Origin: Chlamydiia bacterium
Lineage (GTDB): Bacteria; Chlamydiota; Chlamydiia; Chlamydiales; RGXB01
NCBI GenBank assembly: GCA_040382515.1
Contig: JBEIFH010000001.1
Coordinates: 32,001 to 96,000 of the forward strand
DNA: 64,000 bases
Reading direction: 5' to 3'
The notes under the pieces were generated by a model. It was not told the DNA's origin. It did no database searches and saw nothing but the letters and a program-made list of their open reading frames with translations. Below, piece by piece: positions 1-10,184 of this stretch (positions are counted from its first letter, which is position 1; the number at the start of each line of letters is the position of its first letter). Made by a program: the position numbers and the translations under genes.

Positions 1-168
1 CGTGAATGCCTCTTCACAAGAGGAGAAAACCTCCACCTTACAATTGCCGAGGCAATCTTTTACCAGGTCTAGAAGTTGGGCCGACGACCCTTTAGCCCTA
101 TCAATTAAATTTTTAGGTACCCATGGGGTTTTTGAATGGAGTGCTTCAAAGCGATCAAGGTGGTGCAT
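1..168 (-). CDS. 5' part of a gene running off the window, possibly a divergent NifS/IscS-like aminotransferase class V protein
   Basis: ATG at 168, 5 bp after the gpmA stop, with the frame open to the window edge (MHHLDRFEALHSK...VFSSCEEAFT). Product guessed only from chlamydial synteny with gpmA and a weak FTSG-like segment. Confidence 0.4.
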   Translation of the reverse strand, partial: MHHLDRFEALHSKTPWVPKNLIDRAKGSSAQLLDLVKDCLGNCKVEVFSSCEEAFT

Positions 169-173
169 GATGC

Positions 174-794
174 CTAGATTTTAACAAACGCCCCATTTTT
201 GATCTCGTAAATCCTTGGGGTCATCAAAGGAATTTCCAAATGGACCACCTCCTCGTCGCTGATATGATCTAAAATTTTGACCATGGCACGTAGGGAATTT
301 CCATGGGCGACGATCAAAACATCCTCTCCCTGAGCTAGTTTCGGTTTCAATGTTTTTTCTAAAAAATCTTTTACTCGGATCTCTACATCAAAGAGGGACT
401 CCCCTCCCGGTGGACGGTCTTTGTAACCGCGCCTCCATTTTAAAAACTGCTCTTTGCCATAGATATCTTGCGTCTCTTGCTTGTTTTTCCCCTTCAGCTC
501 CCCGTAATCCCGCTCGTCGATCCTTTTATCCTGAATGATTGCAATGTCTATCCCCTCGGTGCTATGAGAGGAGAAACTGAAAAGTTTTTTTTTCATACCC
601 AGTAGTAGTGCCGCTGTCATTTTGCATCGAAACAAGCTGGAGGTGAAGACCACAGAAAATTCAGGGAGCTGGTCTGCTACGCTCAAGGCTTGAAAAACCC
701 CCGTTAAGCTCAATCCAACATCAATATCCCCCGTAAACCGGTTCTCTTTATTCCACAAAGATTCTGCATGTCGAATCAAAATTAGTTTTGACAA
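174..794 (-). CDS. gpmA: 2,3-bisphosphoglycerate-dependent phosphoglycerate mutase
   Basis: LILIRHAESLWNKENRFTG, ERDYGEL, PPGGESL and AHGNSLR motifs. TTG start at 794 follows a GGAGG Shine-Dalgarno. Confidence 0.93.
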   Translation of the reverse strand: MSKLILIRHAESLWNKENRFTGDIDVGLSLTGVFQALSVADQLPEFSVVFTSSLFRCKMTAALLLGMKKKLFSFSSHSTEGIDIAIIQDKRIDERDYGELKGKNKQETQDIYGKEQFLKWRRGYKDRPPGGESLFDVEIRVKDFLEKTLKPKLAQGEDVLIVAHGNSLRAMVKILDHISDEEVVHLEIPLMTPRIYEIKNGAFVKI

Positions 795-902
795 AATAAC
801 CTCCAATCTTCTTGGCAATACCGATCCCACTCCCAAAAAAAGGGATCTTACCCACTGTTTTTCATTATGTTAGCTAATCTTGTTTGACTCAAGGCGATTT
901 TG

Positions 903-931
903 TTGCAACTTTAGGGAATGTGCGTTAAAAT
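903..931 (+). promoter_or_regulatory. sigma66/sigma70-type promoter of rluB
   Basis: TTGCAA-17 bp-TAAAAT. Confidence 0.6.
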
Positions 932-961
932 GGTTGAGTAAATTGGATTTTTTAGGAAAAA

Positions 962-1657
962 ATGACACAGCGTCTCAACACTTTCATCGCCCGATTTCTC
1001 CCAACATCCCGCCGCAAAGCCGAGGAATTGATTTTTCAAGGCCAGGTAGAGGTGAACGGCGTTGTCCAAAAAGAGCCTTTTTTCCGCGTTGAACCACATG
1101 ACAAAATCTTAGTGGACAAGCAGCCGGTCAAGTGTAGAAAACAATCCCTTTACTACGCCCTCAATAAACCGAGAGGATTTGTCTGCTCGGAAAAGCGATT
1201 CAAGCAAGAACGCCTCGTGACAGACCTTTTCCCTGCTTCCCAGGGTAGACTTTTTACGATCGGAAGATTGGATAAAGATAGCGAAGGATTGATCCTGATC
1301 ACTAACGACGGGGCCTTTGCAAACACAGTAAGTAGCCCGCGATCGGGGGTAGAGAAAGAATATATCGTTAAAACGGTTCAAGAAATTTCTCACGAACATC
1401 TTGTACAGCTCTCCAAAGGGGGGTTTGTTGAGGGTGCCTATGTACGACCAAAATCGGTCGTTAAAGTGAGGAAGGGGACGACAAAAGTTGTCCTTAAAGA
1501 GGGTCGCAAACGGGAAATCCGTGTTCTTTTTGAGAAAGCGGGGCTTGAAATCACCGAATTGAAGCGTGTCCGGATCGGCAATCTGCAGCTAGGCTCGTTA
1601 CAGCCCGGACAAATCAGAGAATTGCTTGAGTCCGAAAAACTTGCGATAATCTCCTAA
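962..1657 (+). CDS. rluB: rRNA pseudouridine synthase (RsuA/RluB family)
   Basis: N-terminal S4 domain (SRRKAEELI), LNKPRG, GRLDKDSEGL with the catalytic Asp, EGRKREIR. Confidence 0.9.
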   Translation: MTQRLNTFIARFLPTSRRKAEELIFQGQVEVNGVVQKEPFFRVEPHDKILVDKQPVKCRKQSLYYALNKPRGFVCSEKRFKQERLVTDLFPASQGRLFTIGRLDKDSEGLILITNDGAFANTVSSPRSGVEKEYIVKTVQEISHEHLVQLSKGGFVEGAYVRPKSVVKVRKGTTKVVLKEGRKREIRVLFEKAGLEITELKRVRIGNLQLGSLQPGQIRELLESEKLAIIS

Positions 1658-1712
1658 CTCCTCTATCCTCTGAAAAAAACGGTCTATAAAAGATCTTTTT
1701 AGGATAATCCCC

Positions 1713-2390
1713 ATGATCAAATTTTCTAAAATATTTGGGAGTAATCCCTTCAAGCTACTCATGGCGCACATGCAGATCGTAGCCTCCAGCATGGAAAAAT
1801 TACAGGAGGGGATCCACTGCATGCTCGAAGGGCGGTATAAAGACGTTGACCCTATCGTCAAAGAACTCTCCCAAATTGAATTCAATGCCGATTCCCTAAA
1901 ATTAGAGATCCGTAACAGCATCAGAAAAGCTTTTTTTCCCATTATTCGCAAAGAAGACGTATTGGAGCTTATAGTTTTGCAAGACATGATTGCGAACAAA
2001 GCTTTGGAAGCGGGAAATATCCTCTCGTATAGAGAATTGGAGCTCCCGGCGGCGCTCAAACCCCTTTTTATCGATTACAACAAAAAATGTGTGGAAGTAT
2101 TTGAAGACACCAAAAAAGTTGTCTTGGAACTTACCGATATTCTTGAGGCAAGTTTTGGAGGTCCGGAGTTTGAAAGGGTGCGCAGCATGGTGGAGATGAC
2201 GGCACATAAGGAATACGAATCGGACATCTTGCGCCAAAGACTCATGAAAGAACTTTACTCCTTGAGTTCCCACGATAAAAATTTCACCCTATTTTACCAA
2301 TCCAACAAATTTATTGAGACCCTGGGACAAATTGCACACATTTGTGAGGGACTCGCACTTAAAATTCTTTTAACCCTTGATAAAAATTGA
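1713..2390 (+). CDS. DUF47/TIGR00153 PhoU-like phosphate transport regulator
   Basis: All-helical protein with IFGSNPF..L..HM and E..AD..K..IR patterns. Overlaps the start of the Pit gene. Confidence 0.85.
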   Translation: MIKFSKIFGSNPFKLLMAHMQIVASSMEKLQEGIHCMLEGRYKDVDPIVKELSQIEFNADSLKLEIRNSIRKAFFPIIRKEDVLELIVLQDMIANKALEAGNILSYRELELPAALKPLFIDYNKKCVEVFEDTKKVVLELTDILEASFGGPEFERVRSMVEMTAHKEYESDILRQRLMKELYSLSSHDKNFTLFYQSNKFIETLGQIAHICEGLALKILLTLDKN

Positions 2391-3811
2391 TGCCGTTGGA
2401 AATTGCTTTTGTCGCTTTTGTTCTTATAGTTGGTTTTTACATGCTCTGGAATATTGGAGCGAATGATGTTGCTAACGCGATAGGAACTTCTGTCGGCTCC
2501 GGATCTTTGACGATGAAAAAAGCGATTTTTGTCGCTGCCGTTTTTGAATTTCTGGGAGCCTCTTTTTTCGGTTCGCACGTGTCAAAAACAATCCAAGGGG
2601 GGCTCATTGACTCCACAGATTTCATCACAAATCCCTACACGATCGTTATTGGAATGTTAAGCGCCCTTTTGGCTACCTCAATCTGTCTTCAGGGGGCCAA
2701 TTTAAAGGGGTGGCCTATCTCGACAACACATGCGATTGTCGGAGCGATTGTAGGTTTTGGGGTCATCGCCGGCGGCATGGACGCGGTCAACTGGGGTATT
2801 ATCGGCACGATCGCCTCCAGCTGGATAATTTCTCCAGTTGCAAGTGCCATCACAGCATTTTTATTTTTCAAAATCGTCCAAAGATACATCCTTTTTGCTA
2901 AATACCCGGTTTTGGCAGCCAAAAGGCTCTTTCCGATTTTTGTTTTCATAGTCACATTTACATTCTTCACAACCATTTTTTCGGACCGTTTCGAGGGGGA
3001 GCATTCCTACTTTTACGCTTTTTCGATCTCATTTTTTTTAGGACTGATAGCATTTATCGCGATCAAATATTGGCGCCCCTCTCCGCTAGATGACCAAGAA
3101 GAGATCTCTGTCCACCAACAAAAATTAGACAGCCTTCAGGAGGCCTTAAAAAATCTGAAGCTTGCACAACTTTTTGCTTCCGAGTATGAGAGTAGCGAAT
3201 TTCAGAGACTTGTAGATAAAACTAAGATGCTCACACGGGAGGTCAGAAAAAAAACCAATATTCGTAGCCCCTTGACGCACGATTACAACGTTGTGGAAAA
3301 ACTTGTCAGTTTTTTACAGGTGCTGTCTGCTTGCTGTGTCGCCTTTGGACATGGGGCCAATGATGTTGCGAACGCCGTCGGTCCTGTAGCTGCCATTTTC
3401 AAAATTCTATACTCCCCGGATACGTTGTCACAAGCCAGCCCTATCCCTTTTTGGCTTCTTGTTTTTGGCGGTATTGGAATTGTGATTGGTCTTGCAACGT
3501 TTGGCTGGCGCGTGATTGAAACCATAGGAAAAAAAATAACTGAGCTCACCCCAACCAGGGGCTTTTGCGCAGAATTTGGGGCGGCGGCCACAATCCTGAT
3601 CGCCTCGAAGATCGGAATGCCGATCTCGACAACCCACTGCCTGGTTGGTGCGGTTTTAGGTGTCGGTTTTGCCAGAGGGCTTGCCGCTTTGAACCTGAGC
3701 ATGATCCGCGACATTGGCTTCTCCTGGCTGATCACCGTCCCCTCCAGCGCCCTCCTTTCGATGCTTATTTTTCTTATATTTGACTTTATTGGAAGTCAAT
3801 TTGGATTTTAA
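2387..3811 (+). CDS. pit: inorganic phosphate transporter (PiT family)
   Basis: Two GANDVANA signature motifs, two PISTTH motifs and many hydrophobic segments. Confidence 0.93.
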   Translation: MMPLEIAFVAFVLIVGFYMLWNIGANDVANAIGTSVGSGSLTMKKAIFVAAVFEFLGASFFGSHVSKTIQGGLIDSTDFITNPYTIVIGMLSALLATSICLQGANLKGWPISTTHAIVGAIVGFGVIAGGMDAVNWGIIGTIASSWIISPVASAITAFLFFKIVQRYILFAKYPVLAAKRLFPIFVFIVTFTFFTTIFSDRFEGEHSYFYAFSISFFLGLIAFIAIKYWRPSPLDDQEEISVHQQKLDSLQEALKNLKLAQLFASEYESSEFQRLVDKTKMLTREVRKKTNIRSPLTHDYNVVEKLVSFLQVLSACCVAFGHGANDVANAVGPVAAIFKILYSPDTLSQASPIPFWLLVFGGIGIVIGLATFGWRVIETIGKKITELTPTRGFCAEFGAAATILIASKIGMPISTTHCLVGAVLGVGFARGLAALNLSMIRDIGFSWLITVPSSALLSMLIFLIFDFIGSQFGF

Positions 3812-3891
3812 TCTGTAAAAAAATTTAACAATATAGCCTGTTAAAAAGAAGACTATTTGTTAAAAATTGGAAAATCCCTTAAAGAAAGGGA

Positions 3892-6471
3892 ATGAACCCA
3901 TCCAAAGAAGTTATTGCCTCTCAGGTCCAGCACATACGCCAAGTTGCCCTCATAGAATTCGGCCAGCCCTTCGAGGAGTTAAGCATTAGGGAAAAGGCCG
4001 AAGTTATAGCAATAGCCGCCAGGGAAGAGGTGCTGATTCGACAAGCTGCCACCCAAAAAACCTACCAAAAAACAAAATCAAAAAAACTATACTATCTATC
4101 TCTTGAGTATCTTCCTGGTGTTATGACTTTGATGAACATCATCAACGTTCTAGCCTTTGACAATCTTAAAGAAATTGCAAAAATTTTAAATTTCTCTGTA
4201 GAAGATATAGAGGAATCCTATATCGATCCGGCTCTTGGAAATGGTGGTCTAGGGCGCCTGGCCTCTTGCTTTATGGACTCGTTAGCCACCCTGAATCTTC
4301 CTGCGATCGGCTACGGTCTTTTATATGAGTACGGAATTTTTAAACAAGAAATCATCTACGGTACCCAAATCGAAACAGCAGAGACCTGGCTTGATAGACG
4401 AAACCCCTGGATTCGGTTTGATCCAAAAAGTTCCGCAAAAGTCCAGTACAACGGAGAACTTAGGGAAAGTAAAAATAAATCGGGAGAACCGACCTATTCC
4501 CTCACGAATTACGATGAGGTCACTGCCCAATGCTTTAGCATACCTTCTGTGGGGTATGGTGAGTTTGGAGCGGTGAATCTTTTAAAACTTTTTTCGACCA
4601 AGGCTATCTCCTCAAACTTCAAAATCGTCTCTTTTTCCGCAGGGGACCTTGCCACAGCTACAAAATACACCCACATCACCTCGGTTTTATACCCTTCTGA
4701 TGCGGTAGAGTTGGGGAAAGAATACCGCCTGATGCAGGAGTACCTGCTTGTGAGCGGGGCAATTCAGGATATTTTTAGAGATTTTTTTGCTAGCTACAAT
4801 GACATTTCCCTGATGAAAGAAAAGGTCACTATACAGCTCAATGACACACACCCTGCAATAGCGTGCGCAGAACTTATCCGGGTACTAGTGCGCGAATATC
4901 ACACAACGATCCCATTAGCATGGGAAATAACCTCGAGCTGCCTTAATTACACTAATCATACCATTCTTCAAGAGGCGCTTGAAAAGTGGGACGAACCCCT
5001 CTTTAGACGGATGCTTCCCCGGCAATTTAAAGCGATCGAATTGATCAATCAGTTTATTTGCGATCAGGTACGGGAAAAATTCCCCTATAACGAAGATCTG
5101 ATCAGACAGATATCTATTATCCATGATAGCCGTGTCCACATGTCAAGGCTTTGTTGCCATGTGTGTAAAAAAATCAATGGAGTAGCAAAGCTTCACTCTG
5201 AATTGATCAAAGAGACAATTTTCAAATACTTTTTCAAATTGTACCCTGAAAAATTCACAAACGTAACCAACGGGGTGACTTTTAGAAGATGGGCTCTTAA
5301 ATGCAATCCCTCACTGGCAAAATTCTTTGATGAGACAATTGGCCCCGGTTGGGTCACAGACTACAAAAAATTTGTGGATCTAAGAAAATTTGCAAACGAC
5401 CCGAAATCAAAAACTCGATTTAGTGAAATCAAAGAAGAGGCCAAGGCAAAACTCATATTTCACCTCGCCAATATTAGAGAACAAAAAGAGGGGAACAGCG
5501 ATGGTCTTTGGGCGAATGTATTCCATCAAAATAAAGTCCCGGAGAAGGGGGTCTTTTTTGATCTGCAAATAAAAAGATTGCACGAATACAAAAGGCAGAT
5601 GATGAATACCCTGCATCTTCTTTTACTTTATAAAGAGATCAAAGAAAAATCCTACATACCCCCTGTCAAAAAATTCTCTGTTTTTGCCGGAAAGTCCGCC
5701 GCCTCTTACACGTTGATGAAAGATCTGATCCGGTTGATTTGCGCTATTTCGCGCCACGTGAACAATGATCCGGACGTGAGCGGTCATCTAAAGTGCCTCT
5801 TTGTTGCAAATTACAACGTCGGAATTGCCGAAAAACTCATCCCCGCAGCCGATGTCTCCCAACAAATCTCCACAGCAGGATTTGAGGCTTCAGGAACCTC
5901 TCTTTTTAAATTTTGCCTTAACGGAGCTCTGCTTGTCGGGACGCTTGACGGCGCTACAATCGAACTCAAAGAGGCGGTTGGAGATGCCTATTTCCCTTTC
6001 ATATTTGGAGCCACAAAAGATGAGATTTTTGAAAAACTGGCCAATCACAGTTACCACCCCCAAACTTTAGTCTATCAAAACCCCCAGATACGCTGGCTTG
6101 TCGAAACGCTTCGCTCGGACCTTTTAGCTACGTATCCCGAGGAGAGGGAAGCTTTTTCACGTATTGCCGATTATATAGAAAATACCGACAGCTATTTTGT
6201 CTTGCTCGATCTTCTTAAATACCACCAGGTCCAAAAAGAGTGCCTTCAGGCTTATACAGACAAAGAAAAATGGAACCATCATGTTCTTATGAATATCGCC
6301 GGGGTTGGAAATTTTTCCTCAGACAGAAGTATCGAAGATTACGCTAAAAATATCTGGAACCTTCAACCGGTGCCGATGGACAAAACACTTTTGAATGAAA
6401 TGCGTGCTATTTTTATTGCTAACGATAAGTGTAATATAGACCCTAATATCTTTAAAGATCTTAAGGATTAG
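3892..6471 (+). CDS. glgP: glycogen/alpha-glucan phosphorylase
   Basis: LGNGGLGRLASCFMDS, QLNDTHP, YTNHT, NVTNG, KRLHEYKRQ, EASGTS..K (PLP lysine), FSSDRSI. Confidence 0.95.
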   Translation: MNPSKEVIASQVQHIRQVALIEFGQPFEELSIREKAEVIAIAAREEVLIRQAATQKTYQKTKSKKLYYLSLEYLPGVMTLMNIINVLAFDNLKEIAKILNFSVEDIEESYIDPALGNGGLGRLASCFMDSLATLNLPAIGYGLLYEYGIFKQEIIYGTQIETAETWLDRRNPWIRFDPKSSAKVQYNGELRESKNKSGEPTYSLTNYDEVTAQCFSIPSVGYGEFGAVNLLKLFSTKAISSNFKIVSFSAGDLATATKYTHITSVLYPSDAVELGKEYRLMQEYLLVSGAIQDIFRDFFASYNDISLMKEKVTIQLNDTHPAIACAELIRVLVREYHTTIPLAWEITSSCLNYTNHTILQEALEKWDEPLFRRMLPRQFKAIELINQFICDQVREKFPYNEDLIRQISIIHDSRVHMSRLCCHVCKKINGVAKLHSELIKETIFKYFFKLYPEKFTNVTNGVTFRRWALKCNPSLAKFFDETIGPGWVTDYKKFVDLRKFANDPKSKTRFSEIKEEAKAKLIFHLANIREQKEGNSDGLWANVFHQNKVPEKGVFFDLQIKRLHEYKRQMMNTLHLLLLYKEIKEKSYIPPVKKFSVFAGKSAASYTLMKDLIRLICAISRHVNNDPDVSGHLKCLFVANYNVGIAEKLIPAADVSQQISTAGFEASGTSLFKFCLNGALLVGTLDGATIELKEAVGDAYFPFIFGATKDEIFEKLANHSYHPQTLVYQNPQIRWLVETLRSDLLATYPEEREAFSRIADYIENTDSYFVLLDLLKYHQVQKECLQAYTDKEKWNHHVLMNIAGVGNFSSDRSIEDYAKNIWNLQPVPMDKTLLNEMRAIFIANDKCNIDPNIFKDLKD

Positions 6472-7174
6472 GGATAATACCCCACTTCATCATAATAGCG
6501 TTGAGAGTCCCGTCTTTTCGCATCTTGGCTATTTCTTTTAGCGCCACATCCACATTCCTATTTGTTTTTTTTGATAGGAACCTAAAATACCTATCGTTAA
6601 CCTCATAAGGGTCTACCCTATATTCGGTTTCAAACATCCTGAAATAGACCACAGGGACTAAAATAGCAGAACAAACCGATTTTGAGAGCTGTATGAATGC
6701 GTCTGTATCTTCTTTATAAAAACCAAAGTCGACCTTAGGGTATTTTGCAATTAAAAAAGAAGCCTCTTCATTATTCATCACAAGGACCCTTCTTGAATCT
6801 AAATTTGTTAGGTTACGCCTATCGTCTTTTTGCGTTACAAGGTACAACCCATTGTAAATCAGATTTTCTGAAAATCGATATTTTTCTTTTTGCATCATGA
6901 ATGCACTCAAGTCAGAAAACATCAAGTCGACCTGCCCCCCTTCCAAAAGGTCCTCCAGAGAATCTTGGGAGGCATGAACTTGTTCAATCTGCATGCCGCT
7001 ATTTTTTTCTAAAGTTTGGATAATTTCATCCAGACACCCTTTCATTCTTGCCGTCTGCATATTCAGAACAAAGGTGCTAGGATCGAGCGCCAGCTTTAGC
7101 TTGGGGCTGTTTTTTGATCCCGAACAGCCGATAAAAGAAAAAAAAATCGAGAAAAAAATGAAGATTCTAAACAT
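6461..7174 (-). CDS. amino-acid ABC transporter substrate-binding lipoprotein (family 3-like, divergent)
   Basis: Lipoprotein signal (FIGC), LLEGGQVDLM, KYRFSE, C-terminal KDGTLNAIMMKWG. Confidence 0.7.
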   Translation of the reverse strand: MFRIFIFFSIFFSFIGCSGSKNSPKLKLALDPSTFVLNMQTARMKGCLDEIIQTLEKNSGMQIEQVHASQDSLEDLLEGGQVDLMFSDLSAFMMQKEKYRFSENLIYNGLYLVTQKDDRRNLTNLDSRRVLVMNNEEASFLIAKYPKVDFGFYKEDTDAFIQLSKSVCSAILVPVVYFRMFETEYRVDPYEVNDRYFRFLSKKTNRNVDVALKEIAKMRKDGTLNAIMMKWGIIPNP

Positions 7175-7318
7175 GCCCTCAACTATACGACAAATCGATT
7201 TATGCTTACACGTGAATCAATGATTGCATAATAAATCAAAACAGATCAAATGAGAAAAAATCGAGATGGTGCTAAACTATCCATCGCCATACTCGAGAAA
7301 AAGCATTTGGAGATAAGA

Positions 7319-8188
7319 ATGAAGCGCTTCTGTTTGAGATTTTTGAATGTCTTATTCTTTCTTTTTCTTTTGGGTTGCGACAGTAAAACTGAAATTGTTT
7401 CGAACATTGACGAAAGAGAAGCAAACATTATAGTCGTTTTCTTAGAGAGCAAAGGGATCTCTGCAACAAAAGAAATGATGCCAGTAGCTGCAGGCGCAGA
7501 AGGTGGTGGGGCTGCGAAATACAACATCGTTGCGCAACGGGAGAAAGCTATCGAAGCGATGACTTTGTTGAACCAAAATGGTTTGCCAAAACGGGTTGGC
7601 CCAAATCTTCTTGAACTATTCGCCCCTTCGGGATTGATGACCTCTGACAAACAAGAAACAATCCGCTACCAAGCCGGCCTGGCACAACAGATTCAAAATA
7701 CCATTATGATGATCGACGGTGTGATTGATGTGTCGGTACAGATCTCCTTTCCACCATCTGAGGCAGTAGAAGGGTCCAACAGAATCACTGCAGCCGTGTT
7801 TGTAAAGCATCAAGGAATTATTGATGATCCAAACAGCCACTTGGAATCGAAAATCAAGCGTTTGGTCTCTGGAAGCGTCAATGGACTTGAAATCAATGAT
7901 GTTACCGTTGTTTCCGACAGATCAAGACTCAACGATATCCCCACCACAATAGATCAGGGGAGAATAGCTCAGGATTTTGTTCAGGTCTGGTCGATTACGA
8001 TGACAAAAAGATCTCTCGGGGTCTTCCGTTTCATTTTTGGCTCACTTTTGACAGTTCTTGTTCTATCACTCCTTTCAATTGGTTGGATTCTATACAAAGT
8101 CTATCCCCTCATACGCGAAAACGGTGGTTTTAAAGAACTTTTAATCCCATTGCCGGTTATGAAAAAGAAAGAGGAGTCGAACCATTAA
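7319..8188 (+). CDS. sctJ: type III secretion inner-membrane ring lipoprotein SctJ/CdsJ
   Basis: Lipobox LLGC, EREANIIVVFL, L..NGLPK, IDGVIDVSVQI, IKRLVSGSV and a C-terminal TM segment. ATG at 7319 follows GGAG. Confidence 0.93.
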   Translation: MKRFCLRFLNVLFFLFLLGCDSKTEIVSNIDEREANIIVVFLESKGISATKEMMPVAAGAEGGGAAKYNIVAQREKAIEAMTLLNQNGLPKRVGPNLLELFAPSGLMTSDKQETIRYQAGLAQQIQNTIMMIDGVIDVSVQISFPPSEAVEGSNRITAAVFVKHQGIIDDPNSHLESKIKRLVSGSVNGLEINDVTVVSDRSRLNDIPTTIDQGRIAQDFVQVWSITMTKRSLGVFRFIFGSLLTVLVLSLLSIGWILYKVYPLIRENGGFKELLIPLPVMKKKEESNH

Positions 8189-8819
8189 TAAAGAGCTTTT
8201 TACCCTCAAGTGGTTATTGGGTAGCGATGCACACCTGTTCAAATTTTTAGACGAGGCTTCTAGGGAAGAGATTAAAAAAATCCCCCTGATGGAACGTGCT
8301 CCCCCCACCCCATTTGAAATGCAGGGGATGGATCCTTTGCAGAAAGAGTTCTATATAAAAATGCACCCGCACCTCCCCTCCCCCTATTTCCTTACAAAAG
8401 ATCCTTTGAACCGCCTTATTTCCCTTTCAAAAGAGCAGTTGGATCAAATTTGCCGCTATCTGGGCCTATACGATCTTTATCAAGAGATCAAGCACGTGGT
8501 GAAAACGAATGTTTTTCAATCTCTAAAAATCGCTTTGTCTCAAAAAGAGCTGCAATTTTTAGAGATATGCCGCCATGAAAGTAACCCGGTGCATCTTCCG
8601 GCCATGCATATCGGAGCCTGGGATCTAAAAAAGGATACTCTGGATAAAGCTCTCTATGAGCGTGGGAAAACGAGACTGCGGGGGGCCTTATCGTCTTCTT
8701 ACGGAACCCTTTTTCCCCTTATCCCCGCAAATTTCTCCCCACCTGAACAAAAACCTTCTAAAGAAATCATTGACATATTGTTAAAACAGGTCGAAACCGT
8801 TCTAAGCAGGGCTTTATAA
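8184..8819 (+). CDS. chlamydial T3SS protein between sctJ and sctL (CT560-like, SctK position)
   Basis: Position in the operon and LGLYDL..EIKHVV motif. Start uncertain: ATT at 8184 with a Shine-Dalgarno, or TTG at 8217. Confidence 0.7.
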   Translation: MNKELFTLKWLLGSDAHLFKFLDEASREEIKKIPLMERAPPTPFEMQGMDPLQKEFYIKMHPHLPSPYFLTKDPLNRLISLSKEQLDQICRYLGLYDLYQEIKHVVKTNVFQSLKIALSQKELQFLEICRHESNPVHLPAMHIGAWDLKKDTLDKALYERGKTRLRGALSSSYGTLFPLIPANFSPPEQKPSKEIIDILLKQVETVLSRAL

Positions 8820-8821
8820 CT

Positions 8822-9442
8822 ATGTTACCTATTTCAAAACAGCGCCCGTTCAAACTCCAGGAAGGGCAAAAAATTGTCCGTCATAAAGATTGGGAAGAGC
8901 TCCTAACACTCGACCAGCTGATAATACAAGCCGAAAAAGAACTCAAAGAAGCGCACGAACAACTTGCTCTTGACCGTATCGAAGAGGAGAAAAAAGGATT
9001 TGATGAAGGTTTTAAAAAAGGGGAATTCACCTTTTTTGAACATTTGAAGCTTTTCGAAGAAAAATTACGGGAATTGCGCCTGGAGATGCAAAAATCGGTT
9101 CTGCCTCTGGTGATCAAGGCTAGTAAAAAGATCGTAGCAAAAGAGCTCGATACCGCTCCAGAGTCGATCGTTTCTATTGTTATGGATGCCATCCAACCCG
9201 TGTTGACCTCTAAAATTGTCCGCATATTCGTTTCAAAAGAAGATTTCTCCTATATCGAAACTGAAAAACCTGCAATTAAAGCTCTGTTTGAAGCAGCTGA
9301 AACCTTCACGATCGGGTTCAAAGAAGATCTAGAAAAAGGGTCTTGTCTTATTGAAACCGATAAAGGGGTGATCAACTCTTCAATCGATTTAAAACTTAAA
9401 GCACTTGAATCCGCATTTGAACGATTTGGAAGACCCACATGA
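8822..9442 (+). CDS. sctL: T3SS stator protein SctL/CdsL (FliH/YscL family)
   Basis: GFDEGFKKG GxxxG repeats, GSCLIETDKGVIN, operon position. Confidence 0.9.
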   Translation: MLPISKQRPFKLQEGQKIVRHKDWEELLTLDQLIIQAEKELKEAHEQLALDRIEEEKKGFDEGFKKGEFTFFEHLKLFEEKLRELRLEMQKSVLPLVIKASKKIVAKELDTAPESIVSIVMDAIQPVLTSKIVRIFVSKEDFSYIETEKPAIKALFEAAETFTIGFKEDLEKGSCLIETDKGVINSSIDLKLKALESAFERFGRPT

Positions 9443-10173
9443 ACGTATTTAGCCTGCTCCTCTACCTTCAACTACTAGCTACCGATTCCGCAGCAGACAC
9501 AATGACGAGTGCCTCCGTTGTAACGAGAATGGCCGTCATCGCCGGATTAGCTCTTCTCCCCTTTGCCGTGATGCTCCTTACCTCATTTACGAAGATGGTT
9601 GTTGTCCTCTCTCTTTTAAGACAAGCGATCGGAGTGCAACAGGCACCACCGAACCAGGTAATCAACGGGATGGCTATTTTAATGAGCGTTTATGTCATGT
9701 TTCCAACCGGGCTCCAAATGTACCAAGAGGCAAGTAAATACATAGAAAACCAACCCAAGACGGAGCTTTTTTCATCTGAATCGGCACTATTTGTAAAAAA
9801 TGTTGTCGATGTCAGCAAAGAACCCTTACGAAAATTTCTCCAAAAAAACACGTCTAGAACTCATATCAACTATTTTTATAAACTCGCCTACTCAAAGTTT
9901 CCCCAAGAATTTAAAAAAAGCCTGGCAAATTCTGACTTTATCGTCTTGATCCCGGCCTACATCACATCCCAGCTCAAAGGGGCTTTTGAAATCGGCGTCC
10001 TAATCTACCTCCCATTTTTTGTGATCGATCTTGTCACATCCAATATTCTCCTCGCGATGGGGATGATGATGCTTTCTCCTTTAACCATAGCGTTACCTCT
10101 AAAGCTTTTACTTTTAGTGATGGTGGATGGTTGGACTTTGATCATACAAGGGATTGTGCAAACATATAAATAG
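9439..10173 (+). CDS. sctR: T3SS export apparatus SctR
   Basis: TSFTKMVVVLSLLRQAIGVQQAPPNQV, LIPAY, AFEIGVLIYLPF..IDL, GMMMLSP, PLKLLL..VDGW. Confidence 0.97.
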   Translation: MNVFSLLLYLQLLATDSAADTMTSASVVTRMAVIAGLALLPFAVMLLTSFTKMVVVLSLLRQAIGVQQAPPNQVINGMAILMSVYVMFPTGLQMYQEASKYIENQPKTELFSSESALFVKNVVDVSKEPLRKFLQKNTSRTHINYFYKLAYSKFPQEFKKSLANSDFIVLIPAYITSQLKGAFEIGVLIYLPFFVIDLVTSNILLAMGMMMLSPLTIALPLKLLLLVMVDGWTLIIQGIVQTYK

Positions 10174-10184
10174 GAGCCCTTTTT

